Shown here: in pieces, positions 16,948 to 27,077 of the stretch
Layout of the letters: every line of letters starts with the position of its first letter
Numbering within the stretch: the stretch's first letter is position 1
Assembly: GCA_041687355.1 (NCBI GenBank)
Contig: JAWLCD010000012.1
Location: forward strand, 1,665 to 65,664
DNA from: Clostridia bacterium
GTDB taxonomy: Bacteria; Bacillota; Clostridia; Acetivibrionales; UBA4821
Direction: 5' to 3'
DNA: 64,000 nucleotides
Notes under the pieces: model-generated
What the model was told of the DNA's origin: nothing
Databases searched by the model: none
The model's input: the letters and a program-made list of their open reading frames with translations, nothing else
Position numbers and translations under genes: made by a program

Positions 16948-19128
16948 ATGTCAGTAAAAAAGTATACCAGTATTACCCTTGTTGTCATATTCCTGCTTAC
17001 AGCACTGCCCATTAATGCACTTGCAAGCGTGATGCCGTGGGATTCATACTCCCGATTCATACCAAGTGAGACTCCGACTGCTAAGAGGCACCTCAGGGGA
17101 ATGTGGATTTCCACCGTCATAAACCTTGACTGGCCATCGGCAGAGACCAGGAAAATAGCAAACGATAGTGAGCGTATACGGAAAAGTAAGGCAGAGCTCA
17201 CCGAAATACTTGATAAGGCAGTCGGGATGAACCTTAATGCTGTTTTCTTTCAGGTAAGTCCTGAAGGAGATGCTTTCTATAAGTCCAACGTTGTCCCCTG
17301 GTCGCGTTATCTGACCGGAACCTTCGGTAAGGACCCGGGATTCGACCCGCTGGCTTTTGCTATAGAGGAAGCCCATAAGCGCAACCTTGAGTTTCATGCC
17401 TGGTTTAATCCTTACAGGGTTTCTATGAATACATCAGATTCTACCATAGCATCGCTTAATATTCCAAGGAGCGTTTACAAGGAGCACCCTCAGTGGATTA
17501 AGACATCCAGTGACAGATTTGTAGTCGACCCGGGTATCCCCGAGGCGAGAAATTGGGTAATGGACCGTGTCATGGAGGTTGTACGCAGCTATGATGTAGA
17601 TGGTGTGCACTTTGACGACTATTTCTACTATGAGAAATTCGAAGGCGAATTGAAGGATCAGAGTACCTTCAATAAATATAATAATGGTCAATTTTCAAAC
17701 ATAGGCGACTGGAGGAGAAATAACACCTACCTTCTTGTAAGTGAGCTCTCAAAGAGAATCAGGGCGGCAAAGTCATGGGTAAAATTCGGAATAAGCCCAT
17801 CAGCAGTCTGGGGTAATAAGAAGGATGGGCACCCTGATGGTTCAAATACGAATTCATCATTTACAAACTTTAATAGGTGCTTTGCCGATACAAAAAAGTG
17901 GGTCGAGGAGGAACTAGTGGACTATATTGCTCCACAGGTTTACTTCAGCTATGCAAACTCCTACGTGCCCTATGGAGAGATTGCATCATGGTGGTCCAAT
18001 GTCTGCAGCGGAAAGAAAGTGAGTCTCTATATAGGCCAGGCACTTTATAAGGTTAATGATGACTCAGACCAATACTTCAAAGGCGAAAATGCTGTTCAGG
18101 AGTTTGCCCGACAGCTGAAATTCAACATTTCCAAGCCTCAGATAACGGGCAGTATAATGTTCAGAGCCAAAAACTTTAATGACATAAACAAGCAACAGGT
18201 TGTAAATGCTGTGAGGAACGACCTGTGGTCAGCCAAAGCCCTTGTTCCTCTTATGCCATGGAAAGGTGGTAAGGCTCCCTCCTCCCCTGTTCAAGGAATG
18301 GTTGATGTTGTTTCCAACGGCACCAGGGTTTCCTGGGCTGACAATAGTGCAAATACAACCTATTATGCAATTTACCGGTTCAATAAGGGAGAAATTATCG
18401 ATATCAATTCGGACAGCAGCGCAAAAAAGCTAATAGGCACCGTGCGAAAGAGCAGCAGTTCCAGGCATGAATTTATTGATATCCAGACCAGTAACCCTGA
18501 TAATGTATTTTATGTGATTACATCACTCGACAGACTTCATAATGAAAGCACTGGACTGAAAATAAGCAGAAACCTGTCCCAGTACTTCCCGGATGTAGGC
18601 ATTGAATACTCCTGGGCAGCAGGGTCTATTGACAAGCTTCATGAAATAGGTGTAGTCAAAGGTGACACTCTTGGAAGATTTAACCCTGGTCAGAATACTA
18701 AAAGAGGTGATTTCATCCTCATGGTTGTACGGGCATTAAATCTGAATGCTCACTTTGATGAAAACTTTACTGATGTAAGAGAAAGTTCATATTACTACGA
18801 CGCAATAGGTACAGCCAGAGCGCTCGGTATTGCCAAAGGCTATGGTAACTACTTTAACCCTAACGGCAATATCACCAGAGAGGATATGATGGTTATCATG
18901 GTCAGAGCGCTTGAAATATCGGGTGTTAAGCTTGAAAGAGCCGGAGAAGATTACCTGGAAAGGTATAATGATGCAAGCCTGATAAGTGGATATGCAAGAG
19001 AGTCTGTTGCAGCACTTACAAAAGCCGGGCTGATTCATGGCTCCGGCGGCGGGGTGAACCCCAAACAGATGGCAACCAGGGCCGAGATTGCCGTTGTACT
19101 TTACCGAATTTTGGACAGCATTGATTAG
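16948..19128 (+). CDS. Secreted GHL10/YngK-type glycoside-hydrolase-like protein with C-terminal SLH domains
   Basis: Signal peptide MSVKKYTSITLVVIFLLTALPINALA. GMWISTV..LDWPS and NAVFFQV..GDAFYKS..PWS..LTG are typical of the family. The C-terminus has three SLH-like repeats (FPDV..WAAGSIDKL..GVVKG). Confidence 0.8.
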   Translation: MSVKKYTSITLVVIFLLTALPINALASVMPWDSYSRFIPSETPTAKRHLRGMWISTVINLDWPSAETRKIANDSERIRKSKAELTEILDKAVGMNLNAVFFQVSPEGDAFYKSNVVPWSRYLTGTFGKDPGFDPLAFAIEEAHKRNLEFHAWFNPYRVSMNTSDSTIASLNIPRSVYKEHPQWIKTSSDRFVVDPGIPEARNWVMDRVMEVVRSYDVDGVHFDDYFYYEKFEGELKDQSTFNKYNNGQFSNIGDWRRNNTYLLVSELSKRIRAAKSWVKFGISPSAVWGNKKDGHPDGSNTNSSFTNFNRCFADTKKWVEEELVDYIAPQVYFSYANSYVPYGEIASWWSNVCSGKKVSLYIGQALYKVNDDSDQYFKGENAVQEFARQLKFNISKPQITGSIMFRAKNFNDINKQQVVNAVRNDLWSAKALVPLMPWKGGKAPSSPVQGMVDVVSNGTRVSWADNSANTTYYAIYRFNKGEIIDINSDSSAKKLIGTVRKSSSSRHEFIDIQTSNPDNVFYVITSLDRLHNESTGLKISRNLSQYFPDVGIEYSWAAGSIDKLHEIGVVKGDTLGRFNPGQNTKRGDFILMVVRALNLNAHFDENFTDVRESSYYYDAIGTARALGIAKGYGNYFNPNGNITREDMMVIMVRALEISGVKLERAGEDYLERYNDASLISGYARESVAALTKAGLIHGSGGGVNPKQMATRAEIAVVLYRILDSID

Positions 19129-19158
19129 ACCTACTTTAGCTTGATTTACCTTAAAAGG

Positions 19159-19186
19159 AAGGCGTCATTGATATCAATGACGCCTT
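19159..19186. terminator. Bidirectional hairpin between convergent genes
   Basis: Perfect palindrome AAGGCGTCATTGAT / ATCAATGACGCCTT. Confidence 0.55.
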
Positions 19187-19201
19187 TGCTTGATTCCCTG
19201 G

Positions 19202-20029
19202 CTATGCAATCAGATTTACAAGATATGTTGCCGGCTCAAGGGAGCAGTTGTTGGCACAAACCATGTCAAACTCTTGTCTATAGTCTGGGAGCCTTTCTTC
19301 AACTTCTTTATCTAAAAAACCAACCTTTATTGTTTGTTCCCTTTTTTCTTCAGGAACCATCTTTATATCGTCTACTGAATCCCCAAGCATAATAGCATGC
19401 TCACGGTTGTAAACTATCCTTTGTACTTTTTTCATGGAGCAGATTTGACCTTTGTTTGCAGAATGGATTCTATGCTTGGAGAAACCGGAGATTACTCCAT
19501 TCTCAAAGCCTATAAAGTTTGCGATTATTGTTACATTTTCCAGGCATTCATGGTACCTCAGAAATTCCTCAATGATGTTGCCAATCCCAGCTGAAACAAT
19601 AATCACAGGTATTCCCTTCTTCCTGCATATATGCAGGAAATCCTCTGCCCCATTTCTAAGAAACATTAAGTCCTTCATTCTAGCAACTTCTTTTATTATA
19701 CCTTCGTTTAATCCGTATTTTTCCACAAGCTGAAGCATCCTGCCATACCATTCTTTCATATCTCGCCTTCGTTCGTCCTCCGGTATTTTCGGATTTTTTT
19801 CTTTATCGAAGTAATGATCGTGAAGTACATTTCTTTCATTAACAAATCCTACAGGCATCAATCCGCTTTTAACGAGAACCGACCAGCTGGTTTCCGAGTC
19901 GCGCGGGGTAAACGTCCAGTCAAAATCGCCAATTATGTAAGATTTCTTCCCCTCCCACTTTTTGATATCCTCAAAAATCCTCCAGTTAGAAAGCAGTACT
20001 CTTCCATTATTCAGCTTATCCTTTGTCAT
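19202..20029 (-). CDS. HAD-superfamily hydrolase, pyrimidine 5'-nucleotidase (UMPH-1)-like
   Basis: The DFDWTFT (DxDxT) motif, VSAGIGN and GDSVDD are present. The start was chosen at the ATG at 20029, which follows AGGAGG. Confidence 0.7.
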   Translation of the reverse strand: MTKDKLNNGRVLLSNWRIFEDIKKWEGKKSYIIGDFDWTFTPRDSETSWSVLVKSGLMPVGFVNERNVLHDHYFDKEKNPKIPEDERRRDMKEWYGRMLQLVEKYGLNEGIIKEVARMKDLMFLRNGAEDFLHICRKKGIPVIIVSAGIGNIIEEFLRYHECLENVTIIANFIGFENGVISGFSKHRIHSANKGQICSMKKVQRIVYNREHAIMLGDSVDDIKMVPEEKREQTIKVGFLDKEVEERLPDYRQEFDMVCANNCSLEPATYLVNLIA

Positions 20030-20344
20030 AAACCGTCCTCCTTTCAATGTTCAACATCCTGAATAAGTAACTTAACTTAAACAATTTGAGCAGCGATTTT
20101 CCCAAAAATAGAAATTAAACATCCATACCTTCAACTCTGAAGATAAACAACCCATAACAATTTAAAGCTTCTAACTCTACTATTCTATTTCATTTCCTCA
20201 GGAATTTCAATCCATTTTATAGATAGCAAAACTAAAGACCGCATCATTACACGGCCTCTAGCTCGATATACCCTATTGCAGAAATATTTACTTTTCATTT
20301 TTAAGAACAGGGCCCACAGTTAGGAGTCAGATAAGCAATGTCTT

Positions 20345-20887
20345 TTATATACAGTTCAGTTCCTGTGTCTGGGCACCGGCGACAGGTCCGGGGAAGATAT
20401 CAATTGCCCCTATGTTGTAAAATTCCTGTGGAAGTGCCGGAGCTGAGGCCCTGCCTACCCATAGGCCTGGTATGCCGCTCACCTGTGTCAGGGGAATATC
20501 AAATGTAGTTCTTTCCCATGCCAGGGTTGTTGTGTACCGGTCTGCCCCAAATCTTGCAGGATCAGGAAGGTAGATTCCGGCAGCAAAGATTAATGTCTGG
20601 TCACCTACATTTTTCAGCCAGACCGCTCCTCCTGCGTTGACTGTAGTGTTTTCTACATTCCTTCTTAAAGCCAGAGTGCATGTGCGCGGGATACCAAGTG
20701 GGATGCAAATGACCTGTCCGGCATAAATCAGGTTTGGATTTGTAATCTGCGGATTTATATTAAGAATATCCTGTATTGTTGTGTTAAACCTTCTGGAAAT
20801 CAGATATAAGTTGTCTCCTGGTCTTACCTGATATAATCGCCCCGTACATACGGGCGGAGCTGGAGGCTGCGGCGCTCTGTAAGACAT
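20345..20887 (-). CDS. LysM domain protein
   Basis: An N-terminal LysM domain is present (YQVRPGDNLYLISRRFNTTIQDILNINPQI..IYAGQVICIP). Confidence 0.8.
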   Translation of the reverse strand: MSYRAPQPPAPPVCTGRLYQVRPGDNLYLISRRFNTTIQDILNINPQITNPNLIYAGQVICIPLGIPRTCTLALRRNVENTTVNAGGAVWLKNVGDQTLIFAAGIYLPDPARFGADRYTTTLAWERTTFDIPLTQVSGIPGLWVGRASAPALPQEFYNIGAIDIFPGPVAGAQTQELNCI

Positions 20888-21021
20888 ATAATCACCTCTT
20901 TACATAATATATTTAATGTATACTATGCTGTTTTAAGGCAAAATGTTTAATGTCTTCTCTATACTTAATAACCCCGGACCTATTGGCCCGGGGTTACCAT
21001 GACTTCCAAATGCAGGTTATA

Positions 21022-22314
21022 TCAGTTGGTCAGGATTTCTATGTTTCCATTCTGGTTATCCATGTCAAAGACAACACCGGATGTACCTATTTTTCCCTCC
21101 ATAGTCTGTTCGTTGATTTTTTCATTTACTTCAAGATTCAGCTTGTTTAATATTTTCCCGAGTCTGGTATTTGCCTTAAAATGTCCCTGTTGATTCTTCG
21201 GGATAACCAAGACTATATCCCCGAATCTATTTTCAAGCCGTACGTCCTTTTCTATCAGCTTATCGCTTTCAACCATAATTTTCCCGTTGCTGTTTCTTAT
21301 ATCGATTTTCTTATTTGCATTTTCAAGATAAATATCTCCAAACCTGTTGGAAGATTTGATATCTCCGGCCGCATTTCTGATATCTATCTTACCGTTGTTT
21401 CCGGTAACTTCTATATTGCCGCCGATATTGCGTATGTCAACTTCGCAAAAACTTGTTTCGACTGACAAGGTTCCTGAAATATTCTCAACACTTACATTAG
21501 CATGGCTGTTCTGCAAATCTAAATTTCCTTTCACGCCAGAAGCTCTGATGTTCCCGTGGGAATTATCAACTTCAACGTTTCCTCCCATTTCTCTGAGCCT
21601 TATTTCACCGTGCCTGCAGATTACCTTTGACGGCTTAAGAATACCTTCCATACTGATTTCACCATGGGCATTATCAACTTCAATTTCTATATCCTTAGGA
21701 ACCTTTATGGTATAGTTAATATTTATGCTTTTAATCATAGCCTTATTATCAAGGTAGTCATTTCTTCTCGACCTGATTTTAACCTTATCGGTTACCGTAA
21801 CTTCTATCAGCGAGTCTGAAATATTCTTTGCATACTCCTCGTCGTTATTACGTATGGTTATATTTGCTTCAACCTCAATATTTGCTCCTGTTCCCTTCTC
21901 TATATATACATTGCCATGTGCATTTTCCACAAGCATCTTCGACTTTCCTTCCGGGTCAACTGTCATTTTCTTGACAAAGCTCGATTCATAATTGTAGTGC
22001 ATGAAGGCTGGAAATATTGTATCGATGTTGACACCTTTTAAAAGGCTTGAAACGGCATATGCTCCTACACTGAATATCATAATCAGTGATATAAGTATAA
22101 TGCTGAAGACGTCAAACTTGACTTTGGACTCATCCTGTTTTGATGTAAATACATACACCAGTGTCTCGATTCCCAGTATAACCAGTACTACAGGCCACCA
22201 TTTCAAAATAAATTCAAGTACGGGAATCTGATTAATCTGTGCAAAAAGAAGACCAATTCCCAGGGCAACCAGTAGGATACCCATAGAGACCGTTCCTACT
22301 CTCCATTTCCTCAT
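21022..22314 (-). CDS. Membrane-anchored DUF4097-type beta-strand repeat protein
   Basis: Two N-terminal TM helices are followed by many degenerate repeats of the type NxHGxIxxxxxxGxL / GDIxL. Confidence 0.75.
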   Translation of the reverse strand: MRKWRVGTVSMGILLVALGIGLLFAQINQIPVLEFILKWWPVVLVILGIETLVYVFTSKQDESKVKFDVFSIILISLIMIFSVGAYAVSSLLKGVNIDTIFPAFMHYNYESSFVKKMTVDPEGKSKMLVENAHGNVYIEKGTGANIEVEANITIRNNDEEYAKNISDSLIEVTVTDKVKIRSRRNDYLDNKAMIKSININYTIKVPKDIEIEVDNAHGEISMEGILKPSKVICRHGEIRLREMGGNVEVDNSHGNIRASGVKGNLDLQNSHANVSVENISGTLSVETSFCEVDIRNIGGNIEVTGNNGKIDIRNAAGDIKSSNRFGDIYLENANKKIDIRNSNGKIMVESDKLIEKDVRLENRFGDIVLVIPKNQQGHFKANTRLGKILNKLNLEVNEKINEQTMEGKIGTSGVVFDMDNQNGNIEILTN

Positions 22315-22823
22315 GATTCCACCCCTCCCTTATCCTTGGTACCGTTTTCCCTGCTGCCCAGAGCAAGCTTGACCCCGCCAGCAATAAGAAGCAAAGCCAC
22401 TACTCCAGTTCTGAAATATTCCCTGACCTGCCAGGTCAGTATCCTTTCCAGCTCGGGCAGGACAATTCTCTCAAACAGCAGGAAGCAGCCGAAGAATATC
22501 AGTGAATAGCCTATAATTCTGCCTTTATCCTTCATAAAGGTACCGCTTTTATTGAGCCAGGATATCAGGAGTACGTCGATGTCCTCGTGCTTTTCATCTG
22601 CCGATACCTTGTTCATGGCGTCAAAGAAGCTGTAAAACCAGATTATTGGTATGAAGACAGCAAGCAGTCCTGTATTCAGCCAGCCCGAAAGGAAAATACA
22701 CAGGGTAAATAAGGTTAATAACTGCAGGCCCTGCCTTTGTAGGCCCAGGTACAGATGCCCCGCTCCGGGCACCAGGGTAAAAATGAAGGTTAAAAATTTA
22801 CTCTTCTTTTTCAATCGGTTCAC
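22311..22823 (-). CDS. Integral membrane protein
   Basis: 170 aa with multiple TM helices and a PGAGHLYLG motif. It overlaps the downstream gene by 4 nt. Confidence 0.6.
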   Translation of the reverse strand: MNRLKKKSKFLTFIFTLVPGAGHLYLGLQRQGLQLLTLFTLCIFLSGWLNTGLLAVFIPIIWFYSFFDAMNKVSADEKHEDIDVLLISWLNKSGTFMKDKGRIIGYSLIFFGCFLLFERIVLPELERILTWQVREYFRTGVVALLLIAGGVKLALGSRENGTKDKGGVES

Positions 22824-22829
22824 TCCCCT

Positions 22830-23288
22830 TTATCTCTTTTCAAATTTATTAAACGTGCCGGAAGTCCTTTCCTTAAATGTGTCACTCCATTCGATGTCAA
22901 TAACTTTCTCTACTTGTTTGGATGTACTGGCAATATAGGATACGGCTGAATTAACACCTTTTGACATATAATCAAATCCTCCGGTAAACGTGAGGCACAA
23001 TGTTATACAGGCTGCTGCTGAATAGTAGGCAAGCATTCCTGGTCTTACAACCTTCTTTACATTTTTCTCCGCAGCTGTATCTTCAGCAATGCGGCTTATT
23101 ATTCTGTTAGTCAGGTTCTGACTATCTCCCACTGCGGCTAGTTTCTGCTGTGACTCTTCAACAGCGGATATATATGTCTGGAGGCATTCGTCGCAATGCA
23201 GCAGATGCTGCTCCATTTGTTGTTCCTGACTTTTATCAAGTGACTGTGCCATATAACTTTTCCACTGGTTAATATCAAAATGCCGCAT
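22830..23288 (-). CDS. Anti-sigma factor (zf-HC2 type)
   Basis: HLLHCDECLQTY zinc-finger motif plus one TM helix. It overlaps the ECF sigma gene. Confidence 0.7.
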   Translation of the reverse strand: MRHFDINQWKSYMAQSLDKSQEQQMEQHLLHCDECLQTYISAVEESQQKLAAVGDSQNLTNRIISRIAEDTAAEKNVKKVVRPGMLAYYSAAACITLCLTFTGGFDYMSKGVNSAVSYIASTSKQVEKVIDIEWSDTFKERTSGTFNKFEKR

Positions 23289-23841
23289 TGTGTTCTCCCT
23301 CCTTCCAATACTTCCTGAACATCTTTTTGGCTCTGAAGAGTCTTGACTCGACAGTTCTTGGGCTTATGCCCTCTTCGTCTGATATCTGTTTACAACTTTT
23401 TGACTCTATGTAGTGTTTTATCAGAACACTCCCGTACTTATCAGGAAGCTGACTGCACAATTCCAGAACCTTTCTTGATTCCTCCGCTGCTTCAATCTGT
23501 TCCAGAACATCGTCTGCGTGGCCTAATCCGCACTGTTCTATATCATCAAGGAAAATGATTTTTGACTCTTTCTGAGCCTGCTTCTTTCGTTTTAAATCAA
23601 TAGACTTATTTACGGCAATCCTTGAAACCCATGTTTTAAACCCCTTGAATTCGTAACGGGGAAGAGCTTTATGAACTTGAATGAAGGTCTCCTGAGCAAG
23701 GTTTTCAGCTTCCTGGTGGTCTCTTACAATGTTGTAGCAGATTGAATAGACCAGTGCCTGATATTTTTGAAGCAGTTTCCTGAAACTATCGTTATCCCCT
23801 TCAAGTATTTGTTTTATAAGTATTTCATCCGGCTCCACCAC
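23275..23841 (-). CDS. ECF-type sigma-70 family RNA polymerase sigma factor
   Basis: Region 2 (DHQEAENLAQETFIQV) and region 4 (ISDEEGISPRTVESRLFRA) are recognisable. Confidence 0.9.
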   Translation of the reverse strand: MVEPDEILIKQILEGDNDSFRKLLQKYQALVYSICYNIVRDHQEAENLAQETFIQVHKALPRYEFKGFKTWVSRIAVNKSIDLKRKKQAQKESKIIFLDDIEQCGLGHADDVLEQIEAAEESRKVLELCSQLPDKYGSVLIKHYIESKSCKQISDEEGISPRTVESRLFRAKKMFRKYWKEGEHNAAF

Positions 23842-24042
23842 GCTCCCCCCTTCTTGCCTGTCATATATATAGACGAAGTTGCTTAACTAATCACTGCAAA
23901 TTTTAACATAACTTCGCATAGATTATCTAGGATTTCATAGTAACAATTGACTACAGAAAATGAGTCTTTTGCATTATGTAAACCAGATGCAGTTATGGCT
24001 TATAATTATTATAGGGAAAAATTTTTAGAAGGAGGAATCCCA

Positions 24043-24663
24043 GTGAAAAAAATACTTATTACTATAATTGCTGCAGCTCTGGCCATGTCACTTCCGGTAA
24101 CTACTTCGGCAAAGCCGACTGAAAAAGAGGTAGATGTAACACTAACAAGTTCTGCACTAAGTATTCAGACCGGACAGTCAATTATACTCTCTGCGGTTAC
24201 TAAAAAACACGGCTCTACATATGAGGTTTTCTGGTTTGGCGCACACGACAGAGGCACACAGCTGAGCGAAACAAATGACAGCTATATTTCAACCGCAGTC
24301 TTTAATGCCGATAAACCTGGAATCTACACTATAAGATATTCAATTATTATGGAAGCCGGAAAAAGCGATAGAAAGTTTACCGGCACCGCTATTTGTACGG
24401 TAAATGTATCAGAACCAATTACAGTCACCGGAGCTGAAGTAAGGAATCTTACATTTAGGCCGCTTACAAGGCCAGATGGGAGTATTTATGCTTATTCAGC
24501 CATGGGAGATATATATACGGTCTGGAGTAATAATACCAGCTCGCTTTATGGAAGAACGTTTTTTATCTTCAGTTCAAATGAAACTGTAAAAGATGTTGAT
24601 GTTACATTATATATTGAAGATAAGCATTACAGATTTACCGTGACGGTCTCACGCCAGCAGTAA
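24043..24663 (+). CDS. Secreted hypothetical protein (Ig-like fold likely)
   Basis: GTG at 24043 follows GGAGG. The signal peptide is KKILITIIAAALAMSLPVTTSA. Confidence 0.55.
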   Translation: MKKILITIIAAALAMSLPVTTSAKPTEKEVDVTLTSSALSIQTGQSIILSAVTKKHGSTYEVFWFGAHDRGTQLSETNDSYISTAVFNADKPGIYTIRYSIIMEAGKSDRKFTGTAICTVNVSEPITVTGAEVRNLTFRPLTRPDGSIYAYSAMGDIYTVWSNNTSSLYGRTFFIFSSNETVKDVDVTLYIEDKHYRFTVTVSRQQ

Positions 24664-24742
24664 ACAGTATCTGCAGCTTGCATGTAAATAGAAAGGAGAT
24701 ATTCTAATATTAGAATATCTCCTTTCTATTTACTCAAATTGC

Positions 24743-25348
24743 TTATTTTTTCGGCACAAGGACAATGTCAGCTTGTCTTGAAGCCTCACGTACTATATGT
24801 AAATCATCATGTCTTACCTTGTCATCTATGGTTATGAAGAGCTTTAAGTCACAGTTCTCAACCAGACTATCTATACAAAAGGCAACCACACCTTCAATCC
24901 ATATTACTCCTTCTCTATTTAGCACAATTTCCTTACGTAATCTTTCCATTCCTCTTGTCCTACCGTCATATGCATCAAGGGTAATTGTTTCATCATTAAA
25001 GAGTTTCTGAAAATCAAGATTCATCTTATGGCTTTGGAACAGGTCAAGCACATTCATACCAGGCATTCTCTTGTCTACTCCAAGAATCCACTGATTAAGA
25101 TGAACAATCTGGCTCTTGATTCCGGATTCCTGCAGTTTTGAGTGGCCATAGCTGGCAAGGTCGGATTTACCGCTCCTTGTTGACCCAGCAACAAGAACAA
25201 TAACCCTTTTATACCTTGTCTCATGTTCAATTGCCTCTAAGACAGCATCGAAGTTGTCCACGCTGATGTAAACACTTTCTTTATTCTCGTCTTTATATTT
25301 TTGGTCTGCTGATACTGCTTTTGGTTCCAATTGGCTTATGCTTTCCAT
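24743..25348 (-). CDS. P-loop kinase (uridine kinase / PRK family-like)
   Basis: Walker A motif VAGSTRSGKSDLA. The overall length and layout resemble Udk-type kinases. Confidence 0.5.
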   Translation of the reverse strand: MESISQLEPKAVSADQKYKDENKESVYISVDNFDAVLEAIEHETRYKRVIVLVAGSTRSGKSDLASYGHSKLQESGIKSQIVHLNQWILGVDKRMPGMNVLDLFQSHKMNLDFQKLFNDETITLDAYDGRTRGMERLRKEIVLNREGVIWIEGVVAFCIDSLVENCDLKLFITIDDKVRHDDLHIVREASRQADIVLVPKK

Positions 25349-25727
25349 CCTGTTTCCTCCTCACTCCAGAACTCTTGACACGTAAGGATTATATTAATCT
25401 TCAGCCCGTAGTTGGAAACTGTTTTCCCATACTTATATTATACAATGATTACAGGCTATCCCTCTATTGACAAGGTGCACAAACTTTATATATATAAACT
25501 GTGCAACTTGACGAATAATATTTTTGAAAAATAAAGGACAAATCTGCATATAATATTAACCTGTAATAATCGCAGTAGAAAAGCAATTAAAAGATGGTGC
25601 TTATAATGAGTAATTTAATAACTGCAAAAAAATAAATACGCTGTATATACTTATACAGACCGCTGTAATAGTTGGGTTTCTATATAAAGGGCAAAATCTG
25701 TATGCATTAGGTTCATTTGTTATACTT

Positions 25728-26168
25728 TTGGTTTTTCTATCATTTATTTATCTGGAAAACCGTTTTAACGTACGAATCGAAAACTATATCAGGATTTTGA
25801 TTATGTTCTCCTTGATTCTTCATAGCCTTGTCGGAGAGTTCATGAATGTATACAATACCTCGCCGGTCTTTGATAAGGCTCTCCATTTCTACGGGACTTT
25901 CTCCTTTTCTCTTTTAATATATTCACTTATTAGAGAAACTGTCTTAAAAAGCAGTACCGGTTCAAAACTCTTTATTTTTATTTTAATCACTGCATTGGGA
26001 ACCTCTCTAGGGACATTCTTTGAAATCATTGAGTTTACCGTCGATAACCTGTTCGATGCACACGGGCAGAAGGGCCTGGTTGATACCAACCTGGATATGC
26101 TGTCTAATATTATCGGTTCACTTACTGCTGCTGCCTTCACTACTATGAGAGATAAAATACAAGCTTAA
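25728..26168 (+). CDS. Membrane protein; the 5' end is possibly displaced by a frameshift in an A7 run
   Basis: Four hydrophobic helices. The ORF stays open upstream to 25614 with no ATG. An ATG at 25606 (MSNLITAKK-stop) is one A-insertion away from joining it. Confidence 0.5.
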   Translation: MVFLSFIYLENRFNVRIENYIRILIMFSLILHSLVGEFMNVYNTSPVFDKALHFYGTFSFSLLIYSLIRETVLKSSTGSKLFIFILITALGTSLGTFFEIIEFTVDNLFDAHGQKGLVDTNLDMLSNIIGSLTAAAFTTMRDKIQA

Positions 26169-26307
26169 TCTACATGCTGATGGGTATAATTCCAGGGAAA
26201 TTTTTTCAGATAAAGCACTAAAATTGGGAATAATATTATTATCCAGATATGGAGAACCTATTGTAAATACAGACTTTATTTAAAATGCCATTACGGGGTG
26301 TATCTTA

Positions 26308-26997
26308 ATGAACTCTGTTTATCGTATAAAATGCAGGATAAACCAGGAAGGTTTTAGAGACACTGTGAAGTATTGTTTATGTGTTGGCTGTTCTACTCTC
26401 TATAAATGTTTGCAAAGTTTTATTTTTGACCTGATATACAGTGGAAAATTGTTAAATGGGAATCATAAAACTAGATACAAGCATCTTGGCTCAAATGATG
26501 TATACCATACCGAATACTCTGTAATGCCTTTAATTTTCTCTAACATTGATATAACCGTTAAAGATGTGCTGGTTGATGTCGGCTGTGGCAAAGGGAGGGT
26601 AATTAATTACTGGTTGAGTAAAGGTCTCAAAAATAAGATAGTTGGTCTGGAACTGGACCCGGTTATTGCGTCACAAACGGCAAAGCAGTTCTCAAGATGG
26701 AAAAATGTTAACATTATTGCTGGTGATGCTGTTTATAATCTTCCGGTTGATGGAACCATATTCTACTTCTATAACCCGTTTTGCCGGGAAAAGGTTATAG
26801 AATTTGAAGCACGTATGTATGAACTGTCAAAAGGCAAAGATGTAAGAATTGTATACTATAATCCAAAAAGTATTAATGTATTTGATAACGGTAACTGGAT
26901 TGTACACTACATTAACTTTGAAAATGAACTTGGTCTGAAAAGATGGGGAAGAATAAATAAATACCATGATTTAGCAATAATTACTAGGCCAACCTAA
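26308..26997 (+). CDS. Class I SAM-dependent methyltransferase
   Basis: Motif I VLVDVGCGKGRV is followed by LELD and AGDA. Confidence 0.7.
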   Translation: MNSVYRIKCRINQEGFRDTVKYCLCVGCSTLYKCLQSFIFDLIYSGKLLNGNHKTRYKHLGSNDVYHTEYSVMPLIFSNIDITVKDVLVDVGCGKGRVINYWLSKGLKNKIVGLELDPVIASQTAKQFSRWKNVNIIAGDAVYNLPVDGTIFYFYNPFCREKVIEFEARMYELSKGKDVRIVYYNPKSINVFDNGNWIVHYINFENELGLKRWGRINKYHDLAIITRPT

Positions 26998-27020
26998 TAG
27001 TTACGAATTGTACGGAAACC

Positions 27021-27058
27021 GACAAAAAGTTATACCTGTGCAGATATAACTTTTTGTC
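27021..27058. terminator. Bidirectional terminator
   Basis: 14-bp perfect stem GACAAAAAGTTATA / TATAACTTTTTGTC. Confidence 0.75.
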
Positions 27059-27077
27059 CCAAGCCTGTGGTTCACTG

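Noticed and set aside
21022-22314. Periodic DNA repeats that might suggest an array
   Set aside because: They are in-frame degenerate protein repeats of a DUF4097 beta-strand protein, with no spacer/repeat architecture. No CRISPR array exists anywhere in the window.
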